A stretch of DNA of 64,000 nt from Candidatus Multivoradales bacterium (GCA_965223325.1 CBDCWI010000002.1:1280001-1344000), one strand, 5' to 3'; shown: positions 36,662-47,692, counted from the stretch's first letter. Notes: generated by a model not told the origin, from the sequence alone. Made by a program: numbers and translations.

Positions 36662-38092
36662 CTAGGAGGCCTCGGCGCCAAGCACCGCCTTGACCTCGAG
36701 GAACTCCTCGAAGCCGTGCTCGCCCCACTCGCGCCCGTTGCCGGACTGCTTGTAGCCACCGAATGGCGCCGAGAAGTCGGGGCCGGCACCGTTGATATGC
36801 ACGTTGCCGGTACGCAACTGGGCGGCGACGCGACGGGCGTGCTCGGTGTCACCCGACTGCACGTAGCCCGACAGGCCGTAGACCGTGTCGTTGGCGAGCT
36901 CGATGGCCTCTTCTTCGTCCTTGTAGGGAAGGATGGCGATGACCGGGCCAAAGATCTCCTCGCGGGCAATGGTCATCTCGTTGTTGACGTTGCCAAACAC
37001 CGTGGGCTTGACGAAATAGCCCTTTTCGTAGCCCTCGGGCTTGCCCGGACCACCGGCGACGAGCTCGGCACCTTCTTCGATGCCCTTCTCGATCAGTTCC
37101 TGGATCCTGGCGTACTGAGTTTCGCTGACCACCGGACCGATCGCCGTGGTCTCTTCTTCAGGCCGCCCCACCTGGATGGCCTCGGCCGCCTCCTTGGCGT
37201 ACTCGAGAGCCTGCTCATGCTTCTCTGCCGGCACGAACATGCGTGTGCCAGCGTTGCAGCTCTGGCCACTGTTGGTGAAGCACGCCTGCACACCCCCCTT
37301 GACGGCAGCCTCGAGGTCGGCGTCGTCGAGAACGATATTGGCCGACTTGCCGCCGAGCTCCTGGGCGACGCGCTTGATCGTGTCGGCAGCGGCCTTGGCG
37401 ACTTCGCGCCCGGCGCGCGTCGAACCTGTGAAGGAGACCATGTCGATGTCGGGGTGCTCGGAGAGCGCGGCACCGACGGTTGGCCCGTCGCCATTGACCA
37501 GGTTGAAGACACCGGCAGGCACGCCCGCGTCATGGAGAATCTCCGCCAGGAGAATGCCCGAGAGCGGCGCCACTTCGCTGGGCTTGAGAACCATCGTGCA
37601 ACCAGCCGCTAGAGCAGGGGCGACTTTGCAGGCGATCTGGTTGACCGGCCAGTTCCAGGGAGTGATCAAACCGCAAACACCAACTGGCTCCTTCATCAGG
37701 AGCGTCGAACCGCGCTGCTCGGTGAACTCGTAGCCGGAGAGAATCTCGAGGGCGCCCGCAAAGTGCGCCAAGCCCGACGGAGCCTGGGCGTACTTGGCCA
37801 GCTTGGCCGGCGCGCCCATCTCGAGCGAGATCACATCGGCCATTTCCTGCAGGCGTTCCTGGTAGCCAGCGACAATGCGCTGCAAGAGCTCAACCCGTTC
37901 CTGCTTACTGGTCTGTGAGAACGACGGAAACGCCGCCTTGGCCGCTCCGACCGCGGAATCGACATCGGCCTGTGAGCCAAGGCTGATGCGGCCGGCGAGC
38001 TCTTCGGTGGAGGGGTTGATGACGTCGAGGGTCCTGGGCTCAGCCGGATCGACCCAGGCTCCGTTGATGTAGAACTGCAGGGCTTCTTTCAT
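36662..38092 (-). CDS. NAD(P)-dependent aldehyde dehydrogenase
   Basis: ITPWNWP, KPSE, FTGST, ELGGKS, SGQSC, EEIFGPV, PFGGYKQSG. Confidence 0.93.
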   Translation of the reverse strand: MKEALQFYINGAWVDPAEPRTLDVINPSTEELAGRISLGSQADVDSAVGAAKAAFPSFSQTSKQERVELLQRIVAGYQERLQEMADVISLEMGAPAKLAKYAQAPSGLAHFAGALEILSGYEFTEQRGSTLLMKEPVGVCGLITPWNWPVNQIACKVAPALAAGCTMVLKPSEVAPLSGILLAEILHDAGVPAGVFNLVNGDGPTVGAALSEHPDIDMVSFTGSTRAGREVAKAAADTIKRVAQELGGKSANIVLDDADLEAAVKGGVQACFTNSGQSCNAGTRMFVPAEKHEQALEYAKEAAEAIQVGRPEEETTAIGPVVSETQYARIQELIEKGIEEGAELVAGGPGKPEGYEKGYFVKPTVFGNVNNEMTIAREEIFGPVIAILPYKDEEEAIELANDTVYGLSGYVQSGDTEHARRVAAQLRTGNVHINGAGPDFSAPFGGYKQSGNGREWGEHGFEEFLEVKAVLGAEAS

Positions 38093-38384
38093 GATGGGTG
38101 ACCTCTGTTGCGGAGGAGCCGTGACTCCTCGGGGGTTGCGGGGTGGTATGAGCTGGGCTTCTCCACTGGCGACCGCCACGAGCAGAAGCACGCTGGCGCA
38201 CAGGATCCGAACCAAGGGAATCTCGCTGGCGGAGAACACCTAGGATCGCAGGATCCGCCCTCGATTTCCACCCCCGCGCCGCCGTGGACCCGCGCACACC
38301 CTTGAACCATTAGCATTCCGGGGTCACCGGAAACACCGGATCGACGCGACCCCGCTGTCACCTCCGACAGCGAAGGAGTTCGAA

Positions 38385-38849
38385 GTGGCTGGTTTGTACC
38401 TGGAAGAGCTCGAGATTGACGCCAGAATCGAGCATTTGCCGCACCGTACGGTCACCGAGACCGACAACCTCCTCTTCTCCACCATGACCCACAACGCGCA
38501 GCCGCTGCATGTGGACGCTGAGTTCGCGGGGCAGTCCCTGCACGGCCAGATCCTGGTCAACAGCATGTGGACCCTCGCCTACGTAGTGGGCGTCTCGGTG
38601 GCCGATACGACCCTCGGCACGACTCTGGGCAACCTCGGCTTCGAGGCGATCGAGTTCCCCAACCCGGTCTTTATCGGCGACACCATCTGCGCCGCGACCC
38701 GGGTCGTCAAGAAGCGCGAATCGAAGAGCAAGCCTGACCGCGGCATCGTGGTGTTCGAACACATCGGGACCAACCAGCGCGGTGAAGTCGTCTGCACCGC
38801 GGTGCGCAAAGCGATGATGCTTCGCCTGCCCGCTGGCCAGGAAAGCTGA
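38385..38849 (+). CDS. MaoC-family dehydratase (hot-dog fold)
   Basis: RTVTETDN..F...T.N.QPLH.D, NQRGEVV. Confidence 0.88.
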   Translation: MAGLYLEELEIDARIEHLPHRTVTETDNLLFSTMTHNAQPLHVDAEFAGQSLHGQILVNSMWTLAYVVGVSVADTTLGTTLGNLGFEAIEFPNPVFIGDTICAATRVVKKRESKSKPDRGIVVFEHIGTNQRGEVVCTAVRKAMMLRLPAGQES

Positions 38850-38855
38850 GCGCCC

Positions 38856-39773
38856 GTGGCTCGTCTGAGGCGTTCGCTCCACTTCGTGCCCGGCGCCAAC
38901 GAGCGCATGCTCGAGAAGTCGCTCCTAAGCGCTGCCGACTCGCTGGTTCTCGATCTCGAAGACGCGGTCACTCCCGACAACAAGGACAGCGCCCGAGCCA
39001 CCGTTGCCAGTTGGCTTGCCACCCGTGACTTCGGCCGCCAGGAGCGCACCGTGCGCATGAACCCCCTGCACTCGCCATGGGGCCGGGCAGATCTCGAGGC
39101 GACGATGACGCACCCGCCAGACGCCTACCTGGTGCCCAAGGCCGAGGGCCTCGCGGACATTGAAGCCATCGACGAGCACCTGAGCGCCCTGGAAAAGCAA
39201 TACGGCCACCCCCACCGCGGCGTCGGATTGATTCCCATCGCCACTGAAACTCCACGCGGCGTGCTCGAGATCGCCGCCATCGCAGCGCACCCACGAGTCA
39301 TCGCAATCACCTGGGGAGCAGAAGACCTCTCAGCCGCCCTCGGCGCGCGCCAGAACCGCGACGCCAACGGCCGCTTTCTGCCAGTCTTCGAGCACTGCCG
39401 CACGATGGCTTTGCTAGCAGGAGCTGCGGCTGGCATTCCGGCGCTCGATACGGTGTTCGTCGACGTGCGCGACAAGGAGGGCCTGGAGCGCGAAGCCCGC
39501 GAAGCGGCGGCGGTCGGTTGGAGCGGCAAGATGAGCATTCACCCGGCCCAGCTCGAGGCCATCCATGCGGCGTTCAGCCCGAGCCCAGAAGAGGTCGCGG
39601 GCGCCGAGGCCCTCTTGGCCGCCTTCCTGGAACATCAGGCCGAGGGTCGGATGGCGTTCACCTGGCAAGGCCAGATGGTCGACGGGCCCCATCTCGAGCG
39701 TGCCCGCCGCCTTCTCGAGCGCGCCCGAAGAACCAGCGAAGCAGAGGGCACCGCAGAGGGCACCAGCCCTTGA
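38856..39773 (+). CDS. CitE-like CoA-ester lyase (HpcH/HpaI aldolase/citrate lyase family)
   Basis: [33 protein letters not shown]. Confidence 0.9.
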   Translation: MARLRRSLHFVPGANERMLEKSLLSAADSLVLDLEDAVTPDNKDSARATVASWLATRDFGRQERTVRMNPLHSPWGRADLEATMTHPPDAYLVPKAEGLADIEAIDEHLSALEKQYGHPHRGVGLIPIATETPRGVLEIAAIAAHPRVIAITWGAEDLSAALGARQNRDANGRFLPVFEHCRTMALLAGAAAGIPALDTVFVDVRDKEGLEREAREAAAVGWSGKMSIHPAQLEAIHAAFSPSPEEVAGAEALLAAFLEHQAEGRMAFTWQGQMVDGPHLERARRLLERARRTSEAEGTAEGTSP

Positions 39774-40138
39774 TGCCGCCGGTCATCAATCTCGACGAGA
39801 AGCTGGCTCTCTTCGCCGAGCACTGGCAGCCTCGGATCGTTGCAGGGCTCAACGATTACCACCTCAAGGTAGCCAAGGTCGAGGGGTCCTTCGATTGGCA
39901 CAGCCACCCCGAAACCGACGAGGTCTTCATGGTGCTCGCCGGCGAACTGACGATCGACTTCCGCGACGGTTCACGCGTGCTAGCACCCGGCGAAGTGATC
40001 GTGGTTCCGAAAGGCGTTCTGCATCGACCTCATGCCGATACGGAATGCCACATCCTACTCATCGAACCTGCTGGCACCAGAAACACGGGCGACAACGAAG
40101 ATTCGGAGAAGACTGCGGCCAACGACGTCTGGATCTGA
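39773..40138 (+). CDS. cupin domain protein
   Basis: [34 protein letters not shown]. Confidence 0.88.
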   Translation: MPPVINLDEKLALFAEHWQPRIVAGLNDYHLKVAKVEGSFDWHSHPETDEVFMVLAGELTIDFRDGSRVLAPGEVIVVPKGVLHRPHADTECHILLIEPAGTRNTGDNEDSEKTAANDVWI

Positions 40139-40169
40139 ACCGCGGAAGACCTCGTAGCAACCCCAGCTC

Positions 40170-40619
40170 ATGCGCTACGTCCACACCAACATCATCGCCC
40201 GCGACTGGCCCAGCCTTGCAGACTTCTACGCCCAGGTGTTCGAGTGCGAGTTTGTCCCACCGGAGCGCAACCAGGCCGGCAACTGGCTCGCAAGAGGAAC
40301 CGGTGTCGCCGGAGCTGCCCTCGAAGGCGTCCACCTGCTCTTGCCGGGCCATGGCCCAACGGGCCCCACGCTCGAGATCTACAGCTATCGGCAGATGCTC
40401 GACGGGCCTCCGGTACCGGCAGCCAACCGGCGCGGTCTCGGGCACCTCGCCTTCGAGGTCGACGACGTCGCCTCGACCCTGACCAGAGTTCTCGAGCGCG
40501 GTGGGAGCGCGCTCGGCGAGATCACGGAGCGCGACATCCAAGGTGTCGGCAAGCTGACCTTCGTCTACGCCACCGACCCTGAAGGCAACATCCTCGAGCT
40601 CCAGAGCTGGTCGACCTAG
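40170..40619 (+). CDS. VOC/glyoxalase family protein
   Basis: HTNI, GHLAFEVDD, DPEGNILEL. Confidence 0.88.
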   Translation: MRYVHTNIIARDWPSLADFYAQVFECEFVPPERNQAGNWLARGTGVAGAALEGVHLLLPGHGPTGPTLEIYSYRQMLDGPPVPAANRRGLGHLAFEVDDVASTLTRVLERGGSALGEITERDIQGVGKLTFVYATDPEGNILELQSWST

Positions 40620-41083
40620 GCGTCGCCCTCATTCTTTTTCGGCCGCACCAACATGACGCCACCCAGGTAGGCCCCGAAGGCACCAACGAACGGAATGACC
40701 CAGTTGAACCAGGTGGGCTGCACAGCATGCTGACCTGCCTCCATGAAGGTCATCTCCGCCACCGGTTTGTTGATCGGCTCACGATTCGAAGTCACGCGAT
40801 TCGCCGATAGCGCCGTCATCACCCCGATTGCGACCAGCATGGTGACCAAGAGTGACACCGCCCGCGGCCCCCGCCCCACCTTACGCGCCACCACACCCCC
40901 AACCAGCGCGGCGAGGAAACCAAACACCAGCGCAAAACCGACCCAGGCACCGGACGGCGCCGGCCCCTCCCCCTCAAACGCCCCGGTCCCACCGAGCACT
41001 CCCCAAGCCACTGCCATTCCTGCCATCACCACAACCGCCATCAGCAGGTAACCAAGAACGGCCGCCAGAATCGAGCGCAACAT
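40616..41083 (-). CDS. hypothetical membrane protein
   Basis: Four hydrophobic helices; MLRSILAAVLGY start. Confidence 0.65.
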   Translation of the reverse strand: MLRSILAAVLGYLLMAVVVMAGMAVAWGVLGGTGAFEGEGPAPSGAWVGFALVFGFLAALVGGVVARKVGRGPRAVSLLVTMLVAIGVMTALSANRVTSNREPINKPVAEMTFMEAGQHAVQPTWFNWVIPFVGAFGAYLGGVMLVRPKKNEGDA

Positions 41084-41266
41084 CGCAACGCCTCCGTTTT
41101 GTCAGAAAGTTGGATTGATGCTACCCCGCGGATTCACGCCTCCAAGGAAGCAACCAGGCGGGAGCCCTCCGCGCAAGTCGCCGAAGGCGCGCGCATGAAA
41201 GCGCGGCGTGCGAAGCACGAGCGCGTCACCCCCCTCATCCAGACTTGAGCCGGACGAGGGTCCTGA

Positions 41267-41552
41267 GGGCGGGGCGGGGGATTCACGACCCCCAGGGAGC
41301 AGTCAGGCGGGAAAGGCGCAGGATCCGACTTGGGTTTCCGCGGGGTGCGGGCGGGATCAGGGCTGGCAAGTGTTTGAGCGATGGGTTTTCTGGAGGCTGG
41401 GACCCCCACCAACGCCGAAGACGCCTGGTCACCGACACCCCCCACGCCGAAGCTTCGCGAGTTTTGCCAGCCCCCCGCACGTGCCCCGCGGAAACCCTAG
41501 TCGGATGCGCCGGCCGCCGCTCCCTGGGGGTCGTGAATCCCCCGTCCCGCCC
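41267..41552. repeat. long nested inverted repeat (MITE-like or structured element)
   Basis: 34-bp outer IR (41267-41300 / 41519-41552, 1 mismatch) plus two internal IR pairs. Confidence 0.8.
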
Positions 41553-41633
41553 GGCGCAGTCCACAACCTCACCCAACCAGCACAAAACAACGCCGTCCCA
41601 GGAACCAACAACCAGGATCAGTAGCCACCAACC

Positions 41634-41696
41634 ACCAATGACCAAAGACCAAAGACCAACGACCAACGACCAACGACCAACCAGAAACCAGAAACT
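41634..41696. repeat. heptameric tandem repeats (ACCAA[TAC]G / AGAAACC)
   Basis: About 9 degenerate 7-mers abutting the SNF2 stop codon. Confidence 0.85.
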
Positions 41697-44600
41697 CAGG
41701 AAAGAAGCATACGCAGATCGTCCGCGCTCAAGTCCTTCAGTCCTGTTCCTTTGCCTTCCAGGATTGCTTCTGCCAGCTGCTTCTTGGTGCCCTGCAGCTC
41801 GAGCATCTTCTCCTCGACGGTGTCTCGGGCAATCAGCTTGTAGGCGAAGACCGGTTGGGTCTGGCCAATGCGATGGGCGCGATCGATTGCCTGGGCTTCG
41901 ACGGCCGGGTTCCACCACGGGTCGAGCAAGAAGACGTAGCTGGCCGCGGTCAGGTTGAGGCCTACTCCGCCGGCTTTGAGACTGATCAGGAAAAGGTTCG
42001 TGTCAGGGTCGTTCTGGAACCGATCGACGACCGCGGCGCGGTCGCGCGTCGAGCCGTCGAGATAGGCGTAGGTGATCTCGCGCTCGTCGAGGTTCTCGCG
42101 CACGAAACCGAGCAGCTTGGTGAACTGCGAGAACACCAGGACCTTGTGACCCTCGGAGAGGATCTCTTTGACCTGTTCGAGAAGGGTCTCGAGCTTGGCG
42201 CTGCCGGCTTCGCTCCAGCTTTCGTCGACCAGGCCGGGGTGGCAGGCGATCTGACGAAGCCGCAGGAGTGCCTCCAGAACTTGCATCGTTGAACCGCCGA
42301 CGCCCTTCTTCTCGACCTGGTCGAGCAGGCTCTCGGCGTAGGTGACTCGCAGCTGATCGTAGAGCTTCTGTTGCTCGTCGGTCATGGTGCACAGCAGAAC
42401 CTGTTCAGTCTTCTCGGGCAGGTCGGGCAGGACTTCCTGTTTCGTGCGCCTGAGAATGAAGGGGCGTAAGCCACGGGCGACCAGTTCGAGCTCCTTCTGA
42501 CTGGCGTCGCGGCCACCGAGCAGAACCTCGAGTGCCGGCATGCGACCGAGCAGGCCGGGGTTGAGAAACTCGAAGATCGAACCGAGCTCACCGAGGTGGT
42601 TCTCGATCGGCGTACCGGTCAAGGCGAGACGGTGCTCTGCCTGCAGCAGACGGGCAGCCTTGGCGGTTTGCGACTCGGGGTTCTTGATCGCCTGCGCCTC
42701 GTCGAGGATGACGGTGTCGAACTCGACGGTGGCCAGGTGCCCGATGTCGCGGCGCAACGTGCCGTAGGTCGTCACGACGAGATCGAAGTCGGCCAGACGA
42801 TCGCGCAAGCCTTCGCGTGCCGCGCCCAGGTACTCCACCGTTTCGAGGGTTGGCGTGAACCTCTTGGCTTCGTCGATCCAGTTGTAGATCAAGCTGCGGG
42901 GAGCGACGACAAGAATCGGCAGGCCGGTCGTGCGGCTCTTGGTGCGGTACTTCTTGATCAGTGCCAGAGCCTGGACGGTCTTGCCGAGGCCCATGTCATC
43001 AGCCAACACGCCGCCGAGGCTGTACTCGCGCAAGAACTCGAGCCAGCCGAGCCCCATCTCCTGGTAACCGCGCAGCTTGCCCTTGAATCCGCGCGGAGCC
43101 TTCTGCGGATCGATGGCCTCGAACGAGCGGATCTTCTCGCGCAGGGCGGCAAAGGCAGAGTCGACGTCGACCGCCGGCTGCGCCACCAACAGAGCGTCGA
43201 CGAGGCCGGCCTGCGAGGGATGGAAACGCAGGCCGTCTTCGGAGGAGCTCTGGGCGAGCTGTGCCAGCGAATCGTAGGCGTCGACCATGTCGCTAGTGAG
43301 CAGGCCCTCGGAACCGTCCTCGAGGGTGATCGTGCGTTCACCGCGTGAGATCGCCTCCAGGATGCGAGCGAACTCGACTCGGTCGCCGGCAAAGTCGACT
43401 TCGCCGCTGAGCTCGAACCAGTCGAGCCCGCTTTCGACCCGCAACTTGGGCGGGCTCGCCGAGCGATAGGACGTACCGCGCACTTCGACTTCCCAGCCGG
43501 CGGCGAGCAGCGGTTCGGCAACCGTCGCCAGCTCCTCCGGCGGCAGCTCGAGAACGTCTGGATGAGCCGAGGGCTTTAAACCCAGCTCGAGAAGCTGCAC
43601 CAGGTACTCGCGCTCGGCCTCCATCTCGCGACGGATGAAGCGTTTCTTCTCGAAGTCGATCACCGCCGGGCGGGCGTCGCCGGCTGAGACCTCGAGAACG
43701 CCGTAGGCGAACGAAAGGTCGGCCAGCAACTGCGGGTTCATGAACTCGGGAGCATCTTCTGGTTCGAGGACCAGGCGGGGCTGAACGACCGCCTCTTCGC
43801 GCGCCAGCTGGAAGTCTTCCGGCGCCTCGAGGCGAGGCAGCCCCGGCATTTCGAGCAACGTGGTCACCGCCTCCTCCATGTCCCCTTCGGGGAAGACGAT
43901 CTCGTCCTTGCCGGTGAGGAGGTCGATCCATGGGCCATCGCCTGCCGACTTGACCTCGAAGTGACCGATCTCGTCGCCCACAACGACCAGCGCGCGACCC
44001 GAGTCAGCAAGCGTCGCACCGGGGCCGTCGTCGGAGGGTTCGGGGAGCAGCAGCTGCACCTTCGACAACGGAACTTCCTGCTCCTCGCGCTCGAGAATGC
44101 CGCGCAGGCGCATGCGGCCAGCTGCTGCGAACTCGAGATGGAGCGCTAGCGTCCAGGGATCGCCGGTCGCATAGCGAAGCGTTTTGGGATCGCCCAGCCG
44201 CCGCCCATCCCAGAGCCTGAGAGCGTCACGCTGCGCGAGATCCGGGAGTACCGAGTCCCAGAGGCTCGGCGGCAGCTGAATTCGCGGAAAGCCACCCGAG
44301 CGCGCCGCTGCACGCTTCTTCTTGCGATTACCCCGCGCACGCCGCTGGTTCCCCTTGCCGCCCTTGGGTGCATCAGGTGACACCGCCGCAACCACCGTCA
44401 TCGCCGTCTCGTCCGCGCTGTTACCGGACTCGCCGCCAGAGAGGAGCTCTTCGATTTCGGCGAGCTCGAGGTCCTGGCGCCGCAGTTTGCCGGGCTTACC
44501 CGACTGGGTCGGTTTGCGACCGAAGATGTCGAGTGTCAACTGGCCGCCGGCGGCACTGGCCGTTGTGTTCAGGAGCAGATAGATGCTGACGTCAGACTGG

Positions 44601-45361
44601 AGGACGTTGGCCTGCCCGTTCTTGGCCGCCGTCTGCGCCTGGGCCTGAGCATCGAGCAGCTTCTCGGTGTCTTCGCTGATCGACAAGAGCTGTCGACGCC
44701 ATGAAGGACCGCCCGCCGGCCGTTGGCGCCGGTCGTCTGACTTGCGAGAACGACGCTTGCGGCTGCGCGTGCTCTTGGTGTGGGTCGAAACTGCAGCGAG
44801 CTCCGGCCAACGCGAAACACGATCTTTTCTGAGACCAATGCGGCTCTTGCCGGGCGGCTGCGCGATGACCGCGGTCGCGGCACCGTTGGCCTTCTTGCCC
44901 TTCTTGTCTCGGCTCTGACCACGGCGGCCTTCTGGCCCTCCCATGCCCTCGTCACTCTCCGGAAGAGCGGCGCCATTTGCGTTTCTTGACCCGAGACCGC
45001 CGAGGTCGAGCAACGTCGCCCAGATGTGCTTGCACGGCGTCCCGCCGGCGAACCGCTCGCATTCACAGAACACGTGCAAGCGGCGCTCTTCCGCTACCCG
45101 CGACCAGTCGATTCCAACCCCGTAGGTGCTCTTGTTCGAGCCCTTGACCTGCGCCAGAGCGCGATCTCCTATGACTTCGAGAAGCACGCGACCCTGCTTC
45201 TGGTAGCTCTCGCCACGCTTGCGGTCGCCAGGTTGAAAGTGCGACGTACTGCGCTGATGCAGCGGAGCCGAGTCGGATCGCTTGCCGCCACGGCGTTGGC
45301 GTGGTCGACCACGACGTCGACGGGGACGACTCGGGCGTTCCTGGGTCTCTTCTTCGGCCAT
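41696..45361 (-). CDS. SWIM zinc-finger SNF2/SWI2-family ATPase
   Basis: CEC..CKHIWA, LRGYQ..G..WL, ADDMGLGKT, LDEAQ.IKN, LTGTPIEN, FSQF, SLKAGG.GLNL, WWNPAVE.QA.DRAHRIGQ. Confidence 0.93.
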   Translation of the reverse strand: MAEEETQERPSRPRRRRGRPRQRRGGKRSDSAPLHQRSTSHFQPGDRKRGESYQKQGRVLLEVIGDRALAQVKGSNKSTYGVGIDWSRVAEERRLHVFCECERFAGGTPCKHIWATLLDLGGLGSRNANGAALPESDEGMGGPEGRRGQSRDKKGKKANGAATAVIAQPPGKSRIGLRKDRVSRWPELAAVSTHTKSTRSRKRRSRKSDDRRQRPAGGPSWRRQLLSISEDTEKLLDAQAQAQTAAKNGQANVLQSDVSIYLLLNTTASAAGGQLTLDIFGRKPTQSGKPGKLRRQDLELAEIEELLSGGESGNSADETAMTVVAAVSPDAPKGGKGNQRRARGNRKKKRAAARSGGFPRIQLPPSLWDSVLPDLAQRDALRLWDGRRLGDPKTLRYATGDPWTLALHLEFAAAGRMRLRGILEREEQEVPLSKVQLLLPEPSDDGPGATLADSGRALVVVGDEIGHFEVKSAGDGPWIDLLTGKDEIVFPEGDMEEAVTTLLEMPGLPRLEAPEDFQLAREEAVVQPRLVLEPEDAPEFMNPQLLADLSFAYGVLEVSAGDARPAVIDFEKKRFIRREMEAEREYLVQLLELGLKPSAHPDVLELPPEELATVAEPLLAAGWEVEVRGTSYRSASPPKLRVESGLDWFELSGEVDFAGDRVEFARILEAISRGERTITLEDGSEGLLTSDMVDAYDSLAQLAQSSSEDGLRFHPSQAGLVDALLVAQPAVDVDSAFAALREKIRSFEAIDPQKAPRGFKGKLRGYQEMGLGWLEFLREYSLGGVLADDMGLGKTVQALALIKKYRTKSRTTGLPILVVAPRSLIYNWIDEAKRFTPTLETVEYLGAAREGLRDRLADFDLVVTTYGTLRRDIGHLATVEFDTVILDEAQAIKNPESQTAKAARLLQAEHRLALTGTPIENHLGELGSIFEFLNPGLLGRMPALEVLLGGRDASQKELELVARGLRPFILRRTKQEVLPDLPEKTEQVLLCTMTDEQQKLYDQLRVTYAESLLDQVEKKGVGGSTMQVLEALLRLRQIACHPGLVDESWSEAGSAKLETLLEQVKEILSEGHKVLVFSQFTKLLGFVRENLDEREITYAYLDGSTRDRAAVVDRFQNDPDTNLFLISLKAGGVGLNLTAASYVFLLDPWWNPAVEAQAIDRAHRIGQTQPVFAYKLIARDTVEEKMLELQGTKKQLAEAILEGKGTGLKDLSADDLRMLLS

Positions 45362-45801
45362 ACGGAGTGGGCCTACCTTGTGAGGCTCGGTTGAGCAGTG
45401 ATGTCTATGCAGAGGTTTTCGAGAACCGGGCCATCACGAACGATGGCTGGCGTCGTACCGATCTTCCGGGCCTATGGAACGTTGGTTGAGGCCCGGGTGC
45501 TGCGAGTGGAAGCACTAAGAGCGCTGTACCGGCAGAAGCTGCACCGGGGAACACCGCCTCTGGCGGCTGCGCCCTTTTGTGGAGCGTCTCGGGCTTGTCT
45601 CTTGGCTCGGTCGCAATGAGGGACCCTCGCGTTGCTTCTTACGGCTCGGGAGGCGTCCTGCGAGAAAGATGCTACCACCTTTTGAGGGCCGTTGGCATTT
45701 TTTCGTGGCGATCCTTCTAGGACAACCCGCATGGTCCCATTCCTCGAGGCCAGGGACCCAAGCGCCACCCCCCACCCGGCCCCAGTCTCTAGACTGTCGA
45801 G

Positions 45802-46551
45802 ATGGACAAGCCACCGCTGGCCCACGATGCCTATGAACGCCTGGCGGATCGTTACGCCGAACACATCGACACCAAGCCCCACAACGCCTACTACGAGCGG
45901 CCCGCGCTCACCTCCCTCATCCCGCCCGTCGAGGGACGGCTGGTGCTCGACGCCGGTTGTGGAACCGGGGTGTACAGCGAGCTTCTCGCGGCAGGCGGGG
46001 CCACGGTCATCGCCCTCGACGCCAGCGAGCGCATGCTCGAACACGCTCGCCGGCGACTCGCGACCGCCATCGAAGCGGAAGCCGTAGCCCTTGCGCGAGC
46101 TGACCTCAACGAGCGCCTCGACATCGCTGACGCAACGGTTGATCTGGTCGTGGCCGCCCTTTGCGTCGACTACATCGAAGACTGGCACAGGTTGTTCGCC
46201 GAGTTTCGACGGGTCCTCCGGGAGGGCGGGCACCTCGTCTTCTCCACCGGACATCCGGCCTTCGAAGCAGAGTTCTTCGCCACCGATGACTACTTCTCAA
46301 TCGAGAAGGTGGAGTGCACCTGGAGCGGCTTTGGGATCGAGGTCGTCATGCCGAGCTACCGGCGCTCACTCGAAGCTACGCTGATGCCACTTCTCGAGAC
46401 CGGGTTCGAAATCGAGCGCCTGCTCGAACCACGTCCCACGGAAGACTTCCGGGCAGCCGACCCGAAGCGCTTCGAACGTCTCATGCATCGCCCGAGCTTC
46501 CTGTGTATCCGAGCCCGCGCAGGAAGACGTACGGCGGATCAGGAGATTTGA
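45802..46551 (+). CDS. class I SAM-dependent methyltransferase
   Basis: VLDAGCGTG, DAS..ML, RVLR.GG. Confidence 0.88.
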   Translation: MDKPPLAHDAYERLADRYAEHIDTKPHNAYYERPALTSLIPPVEGRLVLDAGCGTGVYSELLAAGGATVIALDASERMLEHARRRLATAIEAEAVALARADLNERLDIADATVDLVVAALCVDYIEDWHRLFAEFRRVLREGGHLVFSTGHPAFEAEFFATDDYFSIEKVECTWSGFGIEVVMPSYRRSLEATLMPLLETGFEIERLLEPRPTEDFRAADPKRFERLMHRPSFLCIRARAGRRTADQEI

Positions 46552-46671
46552 CAGGGTGCCGGAGCTCGGGTTGAATGGACGCCCCACCCGTCCTGACCGA
46601 AAGCGACCTGGTGCACCCGCGCCCCAGCCGGCGAGGGAGTGGCGCAACCCGCAAGCAACAGGAGACCCACC

Positions 46672-47685
46672 ATGATCGACACCTACCGCATCTACGGCTC
46701 CGAAATGTCGCCGTACTCGGTCAAGGTGCGCTCGTACTTTCGCTACAAGAGCATTCCCCATCAGTGGATCCTGCGCGGCCCCCACAACCAGGACGAGTTC
46801 CAGAAGTACGCCCGCCTGCCGCTCGTCCCGCTGGTGGTGACGCCCGAAGACGAAGGCATCCAGGACTCGACCCCGATCATCGAGCGACTCGAAGAGCGGT
46901 TCGGTGAGCCTTCGATTCACCCCGCCGACCCGACCCTCGCCTTTCTGTCGGCGCTGCTCGAAGAGTTCGGCGACGAATGGGGCAACAAGTGGATGTTCCA
47001 CCTTCGCTGGGCGCGCGAAGTCGACCAGAAGAGCTCAGCGGGTCGCATTGCCGCTGGCATGGCACAAGGCACCGATGAGGCACAGCGCACTCAGATTGCC
47101 GAGCAGATCAGGGAGCGCATGGTGGGTCGCGTCTGGTTCGTAGGCTCGAGCCTGGCCACAGCGCCGCAGATCGAGGAAACCTTCGCCGACGCCATTGCAG
47201 CCCTCGAGCCACACTTCGAGACGCGGCCCTACCTTTTTGGTGACCGCCCTGCATTCGCCGATTTCGGCCTCTGGGCACAGCTCTACTGCGCCTGGACCGA
47301 CCCGACCGGCGGTGCGATGATCGAAGGCCGCGCACCGCAGACGCTGGCCTGGATCCAACGCATGCTGTGGCCAAAGGTGGAAGACAACGGGCCTTCCCAA
47401 GGCGCATTCGAAGACTGGCGAACGCTCGAGCCCACCCTCGCCCCCTTCATCTCGCGCTTCGTGAGCGGTCTGTTCCTCCCCTGGTCGGTCGCCAACGCGC
47501 AGGCTCTCGAGGCTGGTGACGCGCGTTTCACCGTCGAGCTCGAGGGCTCTCCGTTCACCCAGAAGCCGCAGAAGTACCACGCTCGCTCGTTGTCGGCGCT
47601 CTCTAGTCGCTACGAAGCGATCGCCGATAAGAGCACGCTCGAGCCCCTCCTCGATTCGCTCGGAGCCCTCGCGTACCTCGGCTGA
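46672..47685 (+). CDS. glutathione S-transferase-like protein
   Basis: SPYSVKVRSY.RYK, QDSTPII, YLFG.RP..ADFGL. Confidence 0.8.
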   Translation: MIDTYRIYGSEMSPYSVKVRSYFRYKSIPHQWILRGPHNQDEFQKYARLPLVPLVVTPEDEGIQDSTPIIERLEERFGEPSIHPADPTLAFLSALLEEFGDEWGNKWMFHLRWAREVDQKSSAGRIAAGMAQGTDEAQRTQIAEQIRERMVGRVWFVGSSLATAPQIEETFADAIAALEPHFETRPYLFGDRPAFADFGLWAQLYCAWTDPTGGAMIEGRAPQTLAWIQRMLWPKVEDNGPSQGAFEDWRTLEPTLAPFISRFVSGLFLPWSVANAQALEAGDARFTVELEGSPFTQKPQKYHARSLSALSSRYEAIADKSTLEPLLDSLGALAYLG

Positions 47686-47692
47686 GCGCAGC

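Noticed and set aside
35467-41552. tRNA-anchored genomic island
   Set aside because: No integrase, no duplicated tRNA 3' end seen, and the downstream genes are ordinary metabolic genes without an obvious compositional shift.
41696-45361. SNF2 ATPase plus nearby methyltransferase as a phage-defence system
   Set aside because: SWIM-SNF2 is a common standalone family, the methyltransferase is a small-molecule type on the opposite strand, and there are no nuclease partners.
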